From: an uncultured Thermoleophilia bacterium
Lineage (GTDB): Bacteria; Actinomycetota; Thermoleophilia; Solirubrobacterales; 70-9
Reading direction: 5' to 3'
DNA: 64,000 nucleotides
NCBI GenBank assembly: GCA_963795195.1
Contig: CAWCGU010000003.1
Span: forward strand, 83,354 to 147,353
Shown here piece by piece: positions 8,950 to 18,752 of this stretch. Below the pieces are notes generated by a model. That model saw only the letters and a program-made list of their open reading frames with translations, did no database searches and was not told the DNA's origin. The position numbers and the translations under genes are program-made. Position 1 is the first letter of the stretch. Each line of letters begins with the position of its first letter.

Positions 8950-10425
8950 CTAAACCGGTCCGTCGGAGCGAATCGGCGGCGTCCAGCCGCCGAGCGCGCG
9001 TTCGAGCTCCATTGCGGCGGCGATCGAGACGTGATCGCGGTCGCGGTTGGCGATGACCTGAACGCCTAGCGGCAAGCCGCGTGCTGAGAGGCCGAGCGGG
9101 ACCTGCGTGGCGGGCATTCCGAAGAGGTTGAAGACCGCCATGTTGGTGAGCATCCAGGGCCGGCCGACCGTGGTGCCGTGCCGCGGCGCGACCCGCGGGA
9201 AGGGCGGGTGCAGCAGCACCCCGTCACCGATCACGTCCGCGACCTCGCGCTCGAGCCGGCGGCCGGCGGCATCGAGCCGGTTTTGAATCGACGCGGGAAG
9301 GCTGCCACTCGTGCGCTCGGCGAAGATCGTCAGCAGCAGGGCCGGGGTGTGAGGGCTTTGGCGGCGTAGAGCGTCTCGGATGAGGGCGGGCACGCTGTCG
9401 ATATCGACGCCGTCCTCGGCGAGGATGTCCTCGAGCTTGCCGGACTGGCGAGCTGCCTGCAGGTAGGGCTCCATCGCCCGGCGCATGCCGCGCAGCTCGA
9501 CCCGCCGCACCCTGGCTCCCGCGGCTCGCAGGGCTTCGGCGGCACGATCACGTGCCACGCGCAGCTCCCGGCTGACGGGCAGGGTCGATGCGCCCACGGA
9601 GACGACGACTTCGAGTCCCTCGATCGAGACGCCCGCGGGATCGCCCAAGGCCACGTCACGCACTCCCTCGGCGACGTCATCCGGTCCGGCGATCGCCTTC
9701 AGCACCGGCATCAAGTCCTCCGCACGCCGCGTCAGTGGCCCCGCGCAGGTCATGTCGAGGCCGCGCGCCTCCGGGTAGGGATAGTGGCCCGTGCAGGGCA
9801 CGAGTCCTCCGCTCGGCTTGTGTCCGAACGCGCCGTTGAAGAAGGCGGGCAGCCGGATCGAACCGCCGAAATCCGTGCCGACACCGAGCGGCGCGAAGCC
9901 GGCGCCGATTGCCGCTCCCTCACCGCCCGAGGAGCCGCCGGCAGTGCGACGGGGGTTGTGGGCGTTCCTGGTGCGCCCATAGATGCGGTTGAACGACTCC
10001 ACCCAGAGGGTGAGCTCGGAGAGGTTGGTGACGCCGATCGGGATCGCGCCTGCCGCGATCAACCGTGCCGGCACGGTCGCGGTCGCCTCGGCTCGGCAAT
10101 CGCGCCTCGCGATCAGGCCGGAGGTGTTCGAAAGACCCTCGACCGCGAACGACTCCTTGACCGTGCAGGGCACGCCCAGCAGGGGCGGCAGATCCTCGCC
10201 TTCCGCCGCGGCCGCGATTCGGGCGTCGGCGGCGTCCGCGTCGGCGCGTGCGGCGTCGTAGCGGTCGTCGACGATCGCGTTCAGCTGCGGGTTGAGGCGC
10301 TCGGCCAGGGCGATGTGCTCGTCGACGACGACCCGGGAGCTGGTTTCCCCGGAGCGGATTGCCGCCGCCAGCTCCAGAGCGGAGCGCTCGGTCAGTGCTT
10401 TGGTTGGGAGAACGGCGGTGGCCAT
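8950..10425 (-). CDS. amidase (amidase-signature family)
   Basis: GGSSGGEGAAIGAG signature and a conserved Ser-cisSer-Lys context. Confidence 0.9.
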   Translation of the reverse strand: MATAVLPTKALTERSALELAAAIRSGETSSRVVVDEHIALAERLNPQLNAIVDDRYDAARADADAADARIAAAAEGEDLPPLLGVPCTVKESFAVEGLSNTSGLIARRDCRAEATATVPARLIAAGAIPIGVTNLSELTLWVESFNRIYGRTRNAHNPRRTAGGSSGGEGAAIGAGFAPLGVGTDFGGSIRLPAFFNGAFGHKPSGGLVPCTGHYPYPEARGLDMTCAGPLTRRAEDLMPVLKAIAGPDDVAEGVRDVALGDPAGVSIEGLEVVVSVGASTLPVSRELRVARDRAAEALRAAGARVRRVELRGMRRAMEPYLQAARQSGKLEDILAEDGVDIDSVPALIRDALRRQSPHTPALLLTIFAERTSGSLPASIQNRLDAAGRRLEREVADVIGDGVLLHPPFPRVAPRHGTTVGRPWMLTNMAVFNLFGMPATQVPLGLSARGLPLGVQVIANRDRDHVSIAAAMELERALGGWTPPIRSDGPV

Positions 10426-10438
10426 CGCAAGGGGCCGG

Positions 10439-11233
10439 TCAGCGGCCGATGAAGTTGGGTGGCCGCTTCTCGGCGAAGGCCAGCACGCCCTCGACGAAAT
10501 CGGCGGTCAGGCCCTGTTCGCGCTGCGCGAGCGCCTCGGCCTCGAGCTGGTCGGCGAAGTCCGCGTAGAGCCGGCGATTGAGCAGGCTCTTGGCGTTTGC
10601 GTAGGAGACGGTTGGGCCCTTGGCCATCGTCATCAGCAGTGCCTCGGCGCCCTCGCGCAGGCGATCGTCGGGCAGCACACGGTTGACGATTCCCCAGTCG
10701 AGAGCGGTCGAGGCTGGGACCCGCTCGCCGAGCATCGCCATCTCGGCCGCCCGGGCATGGCCGATCCGAGCCGGCAGCAGGGCGGTCGAACCGCCGTCGG
10801 GGATCAGCCCGATGTTGACGAAGGCGAGCAGGAAGTAGGCGGACTCCGCGGCGACGATCAGGTCGCAGTCGAGCGCCAGCGAGCAGCCGATTCCCACCGC
10901 CGGGCCGTTGACGGCGGCGATCACTGGCTTCGGCATCTCGCGGATGCCGATCAGGATCGGGTGGTAGATCTCGCGCAGGCGCGCGCTCAGGTCGGGCGGT
11001 CCGCCGTCGTCGGCCGTGCGCACTTCACGCAGGTCGGCCCCCGAGGAAAAGGCGCGGCCGGCGCCGGTGATCATCACCGCACGCACAGACTCGTCCTCAC
11101 CGACACGGCGTACGGCCTCGTTCAGCTCCTTGCCAAACTCGAGGTTCCAGGCGTTTAGCCGGTCGGGCCGGTTGAGCTCGATCGTTGCGGCGCCGTCGGA
11201 GATCGTGAAGTTGAGGGTGGCGTAGTCGCTCAC
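10439..11233 (-). CDS. enoyl-CoA hydratase/isomerase
   Basis: Crotonase fold (ITGAGRAFSSGADL, AAVNGPAVGIGCSLALDCD). I chose the GTG at 11233, giving 264 aa. The upstream part of the 411-aa track ORF is Arg/Ser-rich and not protein-like. Confidence 0.85.
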   Translation of the reverse strand: MSDYATLNFTISDGAATIELNRPDRLNAWNLEFGKELNEAVRRVGEDESVRAVMITGAGRAFSSGADLREVRTADDGGPPDLSARLREIYHPILIGIREMPKPVIAAVNGPAVGIGCSLALDCDLIVAAESAYFLLAFVNIGLIPDGGSTALLPARIGHARAAEMAMLGERVPASTALDWGIVNRVLPDDRLREGAEALLMTMAKGPTVSYANAKSLLNRRLYADFADQLEAEALAQREQGLTADFVEGVLAFAEKRPPNFIGR

Positions 11234-11444
11234 AGAGGGGAGGGTAGTGAGGCGGTCAGGAGTGATGCGTGGCGCTTCGACGCAGCCAAGACGCCCCACA
11301 CCCGCCGAACCCCCCGGACTACACCCCCATAGGAGGTCAGTTGGGACGTTCGGGGTGAGTGGGCGCGTTGCTCGGGCGGCGCCGGAGGTGAACCACCGAG
11401 GCAGGACCTCCAGGCTCCGCCTCCACCGCCGATAGCTTTGTCTC

Positions 11445-12965
11445 GTGCCCTGTTCCCCGCGCATCCGTACCGTCGTTGGGGCCGCGCTCGTCATTGCCGC
11501 CCTCGCCCTCATCGCCTGTGGCGAGAAGAACGAGGACGCGGCCGGGCTCCCACCGATCCCCGTCGAGCAGGTCCGGACGACTTTCCCCGTTGAACAGGGA
11601 CAGGCTTTCGCCGAGCCGGAGGAGCTGGTCGCATCCGACGGTGTGCTCTCGGGCACCTTCACGGTCCAGCGCACTCGATTTGCCGTCGGTGGTACGGAGG
11701 TGGTGGGTCGCTCCTACGACGGCAGCTTCATTGGGCCGACGCTCGTCGTTTCGCCGGGCGACCGCATCGAGTTGACGATCGACAACCAGCTTCCCGAGCA
11801 GACGAACATCCACTTCCACGGCTTCCACACCTCGCCGTCCGGGATCGCCGACAACGTCCTGCGCGAGATCGGGCCGGGCCGGACCGGCCGCGTTGTCGTG
11901 CCGGTCGCGGAGACGATGACGCCCGGCACCTACTGGTACCACTCCCACGCCCACCCGCAGAGCGAGGGCCAGGTGTTCAGCGGCCTCTCGGGTGCGATCG
12001 TCGTCGAGGGGCTCGCCGAACTGCTGCCGGCCGAGCTGCGCGGAGTCACGGAGCGGCTCTTCGCGCTCAAGGACCTGCAGGTCGAGGACGGCGCGATTCC
12101 CACTCACGACATCAACTCCAACGCGCCGACGACCCGCACGGTCAACGGGCTGATCGCGCCCCGGGTCACGATCGCGCCGGGAGAGACGCAGCTCTGGCGC
12201 TTCGCCAACATCAGCGCCGACATCTGGTACCGCCTCAGGCTCGACGGCGTCGCCGCCTTCAGCGTGATCGCCGAGGACGCAAATCCGGTCGGCAGCGTCT
12301 GGGAGGCCGAGAAGCTCCTGCTGCCGCCCGGCAAGCGCTACGACGTGCTCGTTGTGGGACCATCGGAGCCGGGCGAGTACCCGTTACGCACGCTCGAATA
12401 CAGCACCGGACCTGTCGGTGACACCTATCCGCGCCGGACGATGGCGACTGTGATCGTCGTGGGCGAGGAAGCCGAGCGGTTCCTGCCGCCGTCGAGCTTG
12501 GCTTCCGAGCCGCATCTCGAGCGGGAAACGGTCGACCGCCGACGCCGTTTTGTTTTCTCCGAGCAGAGCAAGGCCAACCGCTTCTTCATCAACGGCAAGC
12601 AGTTCGACCACACCGTCGTCAACACGGAAGCGGAGCTGGGAACGGTCGAGGAGTGGACGATCCAGAACACCTCGGGGGAGGAGCATCCCTTCCACCTGCA
12701 CGTCGACGACTACCAGGTGATCTCGGTCAACGGCGAGCCCTATGACGCCAACAGCCTTCAGGACACCGTTGTGCTGCCGGTCGGCGGAGAGGTGGTGATT
12801 CGGGTCCGCTTCGACCAGTTCACCGGGCGCTTCGTCTACCACTGTCACATCCTCGCCCACGAGGACGCTGGAATGATGGGCCAGATCGAGGTCACCCGGC
12901 CGCAGGCAGAGCGCTCGGAAGCTGACGCTCGCGAATCCGGACCTCGAGGCCCCCGTCAGGGCTGA
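11445..12965 (+). CDS. multicopper oxidase (laccase-like) lipoprotein
   Basis: Four copper motifs: HFHGFH, WYHSHAH, HPFHLH and HCHILAHEDAGMM. Lipobox LIAC. Confidence 0.85.
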   Translation: MPCSPRIRTVVGAALVIAALALIACGEKNEDAAGLPPIPVEQVRTTFPVEQGQAFAEPEELVASDGVLSGTFTVQRTRFAVGGTEVVGRSYDGSFIGPTLVVSPGDRIELTIDNQLPEQTNIHFHGFHTSPSGIADNVLREIGPGRTGRVVVPVAETMTPGTYWYHSHAHPQSEGQVFSGLSGAIVVEGLAELLPAELRGVTERLFALKDLQVEDGAIPTHDINSNAPTTRTVNGLIAPRVTIAPGETQLWRFANISADIWYRLRLDGVAAFSVIAEDANPVGSVWEAEKLLLPPGKRYDVLVVGPSEPGEYPLRTLEYSTGPVGDTYPRRTMATVIVVGEEAERFLPPSSLASEPHLERETVDRRRRFVFSEQSKANRFFINGKQFDHTVVNTEAELGTVEEWTIQNTSGEEHPFHLHVDDYQVISVNGEPYDANSLQDTVVLPVGGEVVIRVRFDQFTGRFVYHCHILAHEDAGMMGQIEVTRPQAERSEADARESGPRGPRQG

Positions 12966-14400
12966 GGGTCGGCATCTGCCGGATCGTCATCGTGCGACCC
13001 GGCATCAACTCGAAGCGAAGCCGTTGCAGCAGCATCGTCGCCACCAGCTTGACCTCGGTCTGCCCGAACTTCTTGCCGATGCAGATCCGGGAGCCGCTGC
13101 CGAACGGGACGTAGGCGCCGCGGGCGAGCGCCGCCTTGCGCGAGCGCTCGAAGCGCTCGGGGATGAACGACTGCGGGTCTGCGAAGACCTCGGGAATGCG
13201 GTGGCTCGCCCATGAGGAGTAGTGGCAGTAGGTGCCTGCTGGGACGCGGTAGCCCCCGAACTCGAAGTCCCTGACGGCGCGGCGCGGCCCGACCCAGGCC
13301 GGCGGGTAAAGCCGCAAGACCTCGTCGAGCACCATCTCGAGATAGGGAAGGCCCTTTTCAAGCTGCTCGGGTGTGGGGGCCTGGCCGCCGAGCACCTCGT
13401 CCTGCTCGGCCTGCAGCAGGCCCAGGGCCCTTGGGTTGCGGGCGAGCTCGTAGACGAGGAACGAAAGCGTTGAGGTCGAGGTGTCGTGACCGGCGAACAT
13501 CAGCGTCATCACCTGATCGCGAACCTCCTCATCCGACAACGCGTCCCCGCCCTCGTCCTCCCCGGCGAGAAGCAGGCTGAGGATGTCCATCCGCTCGGGA
13601 TCGGGATTGCGGCGGCGCTCGCGGATCTCCGCATAGACGATCTCGTCGAGCACCTCTCGCGCGCGGTGCATCTTGTTCCAGGGGGAGCCGGGACCGCGCA
13701 GCATCCGAACCTGGAACTCGGTGCCGTAGAACGAGAGCGCGCGCTCGAAATGCTCAGCGGCCGCGGCGCCGCTGCCGCCGTCGTCCGGGTCGAGTCCGAA
13801 CAGCGTGCGCATCGCGATTCGCATCGCCAGCACCCGCATCCACTCGTAGATGTCCACGACGCGACCCAGTTGCAGTTGCTCAATGGAGGTGCCGGCCTCA
13901 GCGGCCATCGTCTCGACGGTCGCGATGATCTGCTGGCGGTGGAAAGCCGGCATCATCATCGATCGGGCGCGGTCGTGGTAGGCCCCATCGATCGTCAGCA
14001 GACCGTCGCCGAGCAGCGGCGTCAGGTCGCCGAAGCTGCCCTCGCGCCAGTGGAAGTTCTCGGGGTGAGAGACGGTCACGAAGTTGTTCGCCTGCGGACC
14101 CAGCATCCAGACGATGCGCCGGTGCAGGATGCGCATGCTGAAGATCGGCCCGTGCTGCTCGTAGAGGGAGAGCAGGATCGGCAGCGGGTCGTGGGCAAAC
14201 CGCCGTGTCAACGCGAAATCGAACTTCTTGGGGCCCGGCGGAAAGTCTGAGCGCCAGGAGCGCGGCTCCTGGGCCACGTCCGCTGCGATCACCCGCGTCA
14301 CGCTGGTGCTCATCGGCGCGGGCCGAACCGCGCGCCCCCCACCGCCGTCGTACGAGCCGTTGCTGGAGGCTACCTCACGAGTGGATACGCGCGTTGCCAA
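12892..14400 (-). CDS. cytochrome P450
   Basis: Haem-thiolate loop FGSGSRICIGKKF, I-helix AGHDTS, and ExxR (EVLR). An alternative start is Met30 (14313). Confidence 0.85.
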   Translation of the reverse strand: MATRVSTREVASSNGSYDGGGGRAVRPAPMSTSVTRVIAADVAQEPRSWRSDFPPGPKKFDFALTRRFAHDPLPILLSLYEQHGPIFSMRILHRRIVWMLGPQANNFVTVSHPENFHWREGSFGDLTPLLGDGLLTIDGAYHDRARSMMMPAFHRQQIIATVETMAAEAGTSIEQLQLGRVVDIYEWMRVLAMRIAMRTLFGLDPDDGGSGAAAAEHFERALSFYGTEFQVRMLRGPGSPWNKMHRAREVLDEIVYAEIRERRRNPDPERMDILSLLLAGEDEGGDALSDEEVRDQVMTLMFAGHDTSTSTLSFLVYELARNPRALGLLQAEQDEVLGGQAPTPEQLEKGLPYLEMVLDEVLRLYPPAWVGPRRAVRDFEFGGYRVPAGTYCHYSSWASHRIPEVFADPQSFIPERFERSRKAALARGAYVPFGSGSRICIGKKFGQTEVKLVATMLLQRLRFELMPGRTMTIRQMPTLSPDGGLEVRIRERQLPSALPAAG

Positions 14401-14447
14401 ACGGAGAGGAGCGTATCAACGGGGTGCCGGTCCGGCCTTCAATTCCC

Positions 14448-15179
14448 CTACTTTGCCGCTTCGTCCTCGCCGGCGTCGTCTTCCTCGGCAAGCTTCTCGA
14501 CCGCGACGACCTCGCTCGTCTCGGGCTCGGCCTCGCGGCGGCGGAAGAGACGTCGGCGGCCCATCGTGGCGCTGCTTCCGTTGCCCTCGGCAACGTCGTC
14601 GTCATCGTCGTGCTCGAGCTCGTGCTCGCCGAGCGCGGCCTCTTCGTCCGGCTCGAAGCCGTCGTCGTCGTCCTCGAACTCCGCGCCTTCGTCGATGGCC
14701 AGCTCCTCGGCCTCGAGTTCGAGTTCCTCCAGCTCGACCGGAGATTGCTGATCGACGAGCTCGAGCTCGTCGTCAGCCGCTTGCTCGCCGTCCACAAAGC
14801 CGCCGCCGAGCTCTTCGAGGGCAGCCTCTTGCTCCTCGAGGTCAGAGTAGATCTCGTTTGTGATGCGCCCGAGGGCGGTCGAGAGGCTCTGTGCCTGAGC
14901 CCGCATCGTCTCGGCCTGGCTGATCAGCTCTTCGCCAAGTGCCGTCAGGTCATCGGTGAGCTCGCCGATTCGCTTGGTCCGCTCGCTGGAGACCGCGTCG
15001 AGCCGGTTACGAGTCTCGTCGGCGTAGCGCCGCGCCTCCTGCTTGGCGTCGGCGAGGATGCCCGCCGCGGATTCCTCGGCGGCGCTGATGATCGACTGCA
15101 CCCGTTCGCTGGCAGCCCCGAGCAGCCCGGTGAGGCCCTTCGCCGCCGTCTCTTTCGTATCCCCCGGTTTGCCTTCCAT
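14448..15179 (-). CDS. hypothetical coiled-coil protein with an extremely acidic C-terminal half
   Basis: 243-aa ORF. The N-terminal half is heptad-like and the C-terminal half is dominated by D/E runs. No recognisable domain. Confidence 0.55.
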   Translation of the reverse strand: MEGKPGDTKETAAKGLTGLLGAASERVQSIISAAEESAAGILADAKQEARRYADETRNRLDAVSSERTKRIGELTDDLTALGEELISQAETMRAQAQSLSTALGRITNEIYSDLEEQEAALEELGGGFVDGEQAADDELELVDQQSPVELEELELEAEELAIDEGAEFEDDDDGFEPDEEAALGEHELEHDDDDDVAEGNGSSATMGRRRLFRRREAEPETSEVVAVEKLAEEDDAGEDEAAK

Positions 15180-15272
15180 CTAGAACGTGCCTCCTGCCGG
15201 TCGCTTACGGCGCGAATCGTAGAGCGTCGCCTATAAGGCGGTTCTCAGCGCCCACTCCGCGGCAGCTGGCGG

Positions 15273-16307
15273 CTAGCAGCCGTTGACGAGCTTTGACGCG
15301 CTTTGGACGACCTGAAAGGCCGTTCCGGGGATGTCCTTGAGGCGGCTGAGGTCGTCGTCGTCCCAGCGGTTGTCGCTGCCGCCCTGGAAGTACCAATTGG
15401 AGCCGTTGTCGGCGTTGATGAATCCGTAGCGGAAAAGGGCGACGAAGATCGGGCGCGACTGGCTGCCCTCGGGGTAGTCGGACAGGTGCGACCTGTAGTA
15501 GCTGCGCTTCATCTTGAAGCGCAGTCCCATCGCCGGCCGCGTCGCCTTGCAGCTATCGGAGGCGTAGTGGGTGGCGGGCTTCAGATAGGCCCTGCGCGTC
15601 TCCTCGAAGGTGACACGGATCGCATGGTTGACGGCGCCCGCCTCGACCTCGTCGTAGCGAACGAGCCCGGGCAGAATCGGCAGGCCGGCGGCGTCAGCCG
15701 AGGTGAAGCCTGCGGTGCGCAACGGGCCGGCCTTGCTGAGGTCGAAGAACGCGGTCCCGTCGGCCTGCCAGTCGTTGCCCTTCTTGAACGCGCGGTAGAG
15801 CTCGTAGAGGCCGCAGCTGCCCGACTGGACGACGAGCACGTGGCGATCGCCGTCGGAGTTGTTGCCGCCCTCGACCCTCGCGTTGGGTGGAACCGGCGCC
15901 GGCCCGAAGTCGCTCTCATCCGGGAATCCGTTCGGGCCGATCTCGACGGTGACGTTCGGCTGGTCGGCGTCGACGACCTCGTAGGGGATCCCGTAGTCGG
16001 TGTTCGAGCCGAAGTCGGGGTGCAGATCGCTGTCGCCGTCACGGTTGATCTGGGCAATGATCCGACTCGACATCTTGTGCACGGGCGCCCGTGTCACGAC
16101 CTGGTTCCAGGCGGTGTGGTCGGCGCCGGACTTGGCCTTCGGCGAGGCCGAGCTCGGCGGGAAGACATCGCAGCCACCGACCACGGGTGAGGGGCTTGCC
16201 GCGCTGCTCGTGTTGACTGGGCCGCCGGCAGCGAGAGCCAAGATGGCGGCGGCGACAAGCGCAGCGGTGGCGATCGCGACGACACGGACTTTCGCGCTGG
16301 CAGGCAT
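15273..16307 (-). CDS. secreted hypothetical protein
   Basis: Signal/TM segment VVAIATAALVAAAILALAAG followed by a globular-looking 300-aa region (GLPILPGLVRYDEV, HAIRVTF). No domain recognised. Confidence 0.65.
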   Translation of the reverse strand: MPASAKVRVVAIATAALVAAAILALAAGGPVNTSSAASPSPVVGGCDVFPPSSASPKAKSGADHTAWNQVVTRAPVHKMSSRIIAQINRDGDSDLHPDFGSNTDYGIPYEVVDADQPNVTVEIGPNGFPDESDFGPAPVPPNARVEGGNNSDGDRHVLVVQSGSCGLYELYRAFKKGNDWQADGTAFFDLSKAGPLRTAGFTSADAAGLPILPGLVRYDEVEAGAVNHAIRVTFEETRRAYLKPATHYASDSCKATRPAMGLRFKMKRSYYRSHLSDYPEGSQSRPIFVALFRYGFINADNGSNWYFQGGSDNRWDDDDLSRLKDIPGTAFQVVQSASKLVNGC

Positions 16308-16376
16308 CGACCTCGACTCTAGCGCTCCGAGGGCGGGTTGCGAGCCCCGATCGGGGTGAACTTGCCACCCCTGCTG

Positions 16377-17693
16377 TCAGCCCCGGGGTGACCGGCCCCC
16401 GCTGGCGCGCTCAGCCGCCGCCTGCAGCTCGTCCCGGAAAGCGGGGTGGGCTATAGCCGCCAGCGCCTGACCTCGCTGGTGGGTTGTCAGGCCCTGCAGT
16501 TCCGCGGCCCCATGCTCGGTGACGATCACGTCCACCTGGTGGCGGGGGGTGGTGATCACGGCGCCGGCGTCGAAGTAGGGCACGATCCGCGAACGCGGCA
16601 CGCCGTCGATCTCGACCGTCGAGGGAAGGCAGAGCAGCGAGCGATCCTCCAGGGAGAGGGCCGGCCCGGAGATGAAGTCCTCATGCCCGCCTATCCCGGA
16701 GTACTGGACCCCGTTGATCGTGTCGGCGATCACCTGCCCGTGGATGTCGATCTCGATCGCCGCGTTGATCGTGACCATCGCCCGGTTGGCTGCGATCAGC
16801 TCCGGCGAATTGATCACGTCGACCGGCAGGAAGGCGACGTCGTGGTTCCCGTCGAGCCAGGCATAGAGCCGCTCCGTGCCGGCGGCGAAGGTGGCGACCG
16901 AAACCCCGTCGAACTGGCCCTTTCGATTGGTCACCTTGCCGGACTCGTGCAGCTGCATGAGCCCGGTCGTGAACATCTCGGAGTGGATGCCGAAGTCACC
17001 CGCCTCACCCTCCGCCAGCAGCCCGGCGATCACCGAGGGAACGGTCCCGATCCCCGTCTGCAGCGTTGCGCCTTCGGGGATGAAGGTCGCGGCATGCTCG
17101 GCGATCGCGCGGTCAACCTCGGTCGGAGGAGCATCGGCGAGCGGCAGCGGCGCCCGGTCGGACTCGACGAGCAGGTCGACGCCATCGACGTGTAGGGCAT
17201 GGGCATGTCTGGGTGGCAGCCCAAAGGTTCGCGGGAAATTCGGTGAGCACTCGACGACCAGCAGGCGGTCGGGATCCTCGCCGGCGCGCAAAAGCTCTCC
17301 GTAGGAGGCGCCGGCGTGAAGCGAGAGGCTGATCCAGCCGTCCTCGTCGGGCATAGCCGCTGCGGTGGCCATCACCCTCGGGGCCTGCGCCTCGAGGACG
17401 GGGGTGAAGCGGCGGAAGTCGGCCGGCGCGAAGCTGATGTTCGCGCCCTGATCTCTCAGCGCTCGTTCGATCGGACCGAAGAAGCCGGAGAGGTAGTGGA
17501 CATTGGGATGCGAGAAAGCCGGTGAGAAGACCGCCAGTAAAGCGCCGTAGATGCGGAGCTCCTCCCAGTCGTCGCGCGTGCCGAGAGCTTCCATGAAGCC
17601 GCCGGGCTGCCCGGTGGCGAGCGGGATGCCGAGCGAGTCGCGAGCGTTGATCCTCCCCGCGGCCGCTTCCGGGCTTAGCCTTTCGGCGCTCAT
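16377..17693 (-). CDS. acetyl-CoA hydrolase/transferase family protein (4-hydroxybutyrate CoA-transferase-like)
   Basis: 438 aa with TGIGTVPSVIAG, HSEMFTTGLMQL and GGHEDF, characteristic of this family. Confidence 0.85.
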   Translation of the reverse strand: MSAERLSPEAAAGRINARDSLGIPLATGQPGGFMEALGTRDDWEELRIYGALLAVFSPAFSHPNVHYLSGFFGPIERALRDQGANISFAPADFRRFTPVLEAQAPRVMATAAAMPDEDGWISLSLHAGASYGELLRAGEDPDRLLVVECSPNFPRTFGLPPRHAHALHVDGVDLLVESDRAPLPLADAPPTEVDRAIAEHAATFIPEGATLQTGIGTVPSVIAGLLAEGEAGDFGIHSEMFTTGLMQLHESGKVTNRKGQFDGVSVATFAAGTERLYAWLDGNHDVAFLPVDVINSPELIAANRAMVTINAAIEIDIHGQVIADTINGVQYSGIGGHEDFISGPALSLEDRSLLCLPSTVEIDGVPRSRIVPYFDAGAVITTPRHQVDVIVTEHGAAELQGLTTHQRGQALAAIAHPAFRDELQAAAERASGGRSPRG

Positions 17694-17768
17694 GGGCGGG
17701 CGGCCTCCACGGCCGGCGAGCCTAGATGATCGGGACAGGTCCGTGAGTGATCCTTTAGCGTCATTTAG

Positions 17769-18752
17769 ATGAGGTTGACGATCACCGAGGGGGTGGCCGC
17801 TCCGGGCGAGGTCGAGGTAACGGCCCTCGCCTTCCTGATCGGCCGCGAGCCGGGGATGGATCTCGTGCTCGCCGCCGACGAGGAGGTTTCACGAGAGCAC
17901 GCAGCGCTGCGGGCACTGCCGGATGGGCGACTCGAGGTCGAGGACCTGGGCTCCACGAACGGGACGTACGTCGACGGAGCTCGCCTCGGCGAGCCGGTCT
18001 TGCTAGCCGGAGGTGAGAGCATCCGCATAGGCAACACGGTGCTCGTGGTCGAAGCCCCGACCCCGGGCGCGACGCGGATCGCGGTACCAGGGGCGACGAA
18101 GGTTGCGCCTCCCCCGCCCACGCCGATGCCTTCGCCGGCGCCGGTTTTCGCGGAGCCGGCGACCGGTCCCACCCTGACCCTGTCAAAACCCGGCCAGGAG
18201 CCCAGGCGCGGACGCTCGAGCGCGAGCATGACGGTCGCCGCCGGGCTCGTCATCGTCTGCTCGATCGCCCTGGTCTCGTTCATGACGCTCAATTGGTTCG
18301 ACGCAACCGAGGTGAGCGCGCCCGAGGGAAGCGCCCAGCTGACCGACCAGATCAAGGCGCTGATCGAGCAGGGTGAGGGCCGCGATATCGACTTCTCCGC
18401 CAACGCCTGGCAGGCCTTCAGCGGCTTCGACTTCCTGTTCGTGATCGTCGCTGCGATCGGCCTCGGCTTCGGGATCGCGCTGTTGATAACCCGCGATTCG
18501 ACGGTTGCCGTGGTCGGAGCCGTGGTCTTCGGCCTGGCCTCGCTCGGCGTTGCGCTGCTGATTGCCTCCAAGCTCTTCTCGACGCCGGATCTGGTCGGGT
18601 TCATCGCCCAGCAGACGGCCGACCAGTCCGCTGACGCCGGCGTGTCCGTGGAAAGTTCAGCCCAGATCGGGGCGATTCTCGCGCTGCTCGCCGCGCTCGC
18701 TGGCATCGGCGCCTCGGTGTTCGCGGCGATCGGCGCCCGTACACGCCGATGA
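17769..18752 (+). CDS. FHA-domain protein fused to a polytopic membrane domain
   Basis: N-terminal FHA signature (GREPGMDLVL, SREHAAL, STNGTYVDG). A Pro-rich linker is followed by about 4 hydrophobic helices. Confidence 0.8.
   Translation: MRLTITEGVAAPGEVEVTALAFLIGREPGMDLVLAADEEVSREHAALRALPDGRLEVEDLGSTNGTYVDGARLGEPVLLAGGESIRIGNTVLVVEAPTPGATRIAVPGATKVAPPPPTPMPSPAPVFAEPATGPTLTLSKPGQEPRRGRSSASMTVAAGLVIVCSIALVSFMTLNWFDATEVSAPEGSAQLTDQIKALIEQGEGRDIDFSANAWQAFSGFDFLFVIVAAIGLGFGIALLITRDSTVAVVGAVVFGLASLGVALLIASKLFSTPDLVGFIAQQTADQSADAGVSVESSAQIGAILALLAALAGIGASVFAAIGARTRR

Noticed and set aside
10439-11674. Long N-terminal extensions of track ORFs: 10439..11674, 18562..20175, 21383..22891, 22814..23410 and 7994..8596.
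   Set aside because: The extended parts are Arg/Pro/Ser-rich and non-native looking, overlap neighbouring genes, and would put the conserved domain far from the N-terminus. Internal ATG or GTG starts, some with an RBS or stop/start overlaps, give family-typical lengths.
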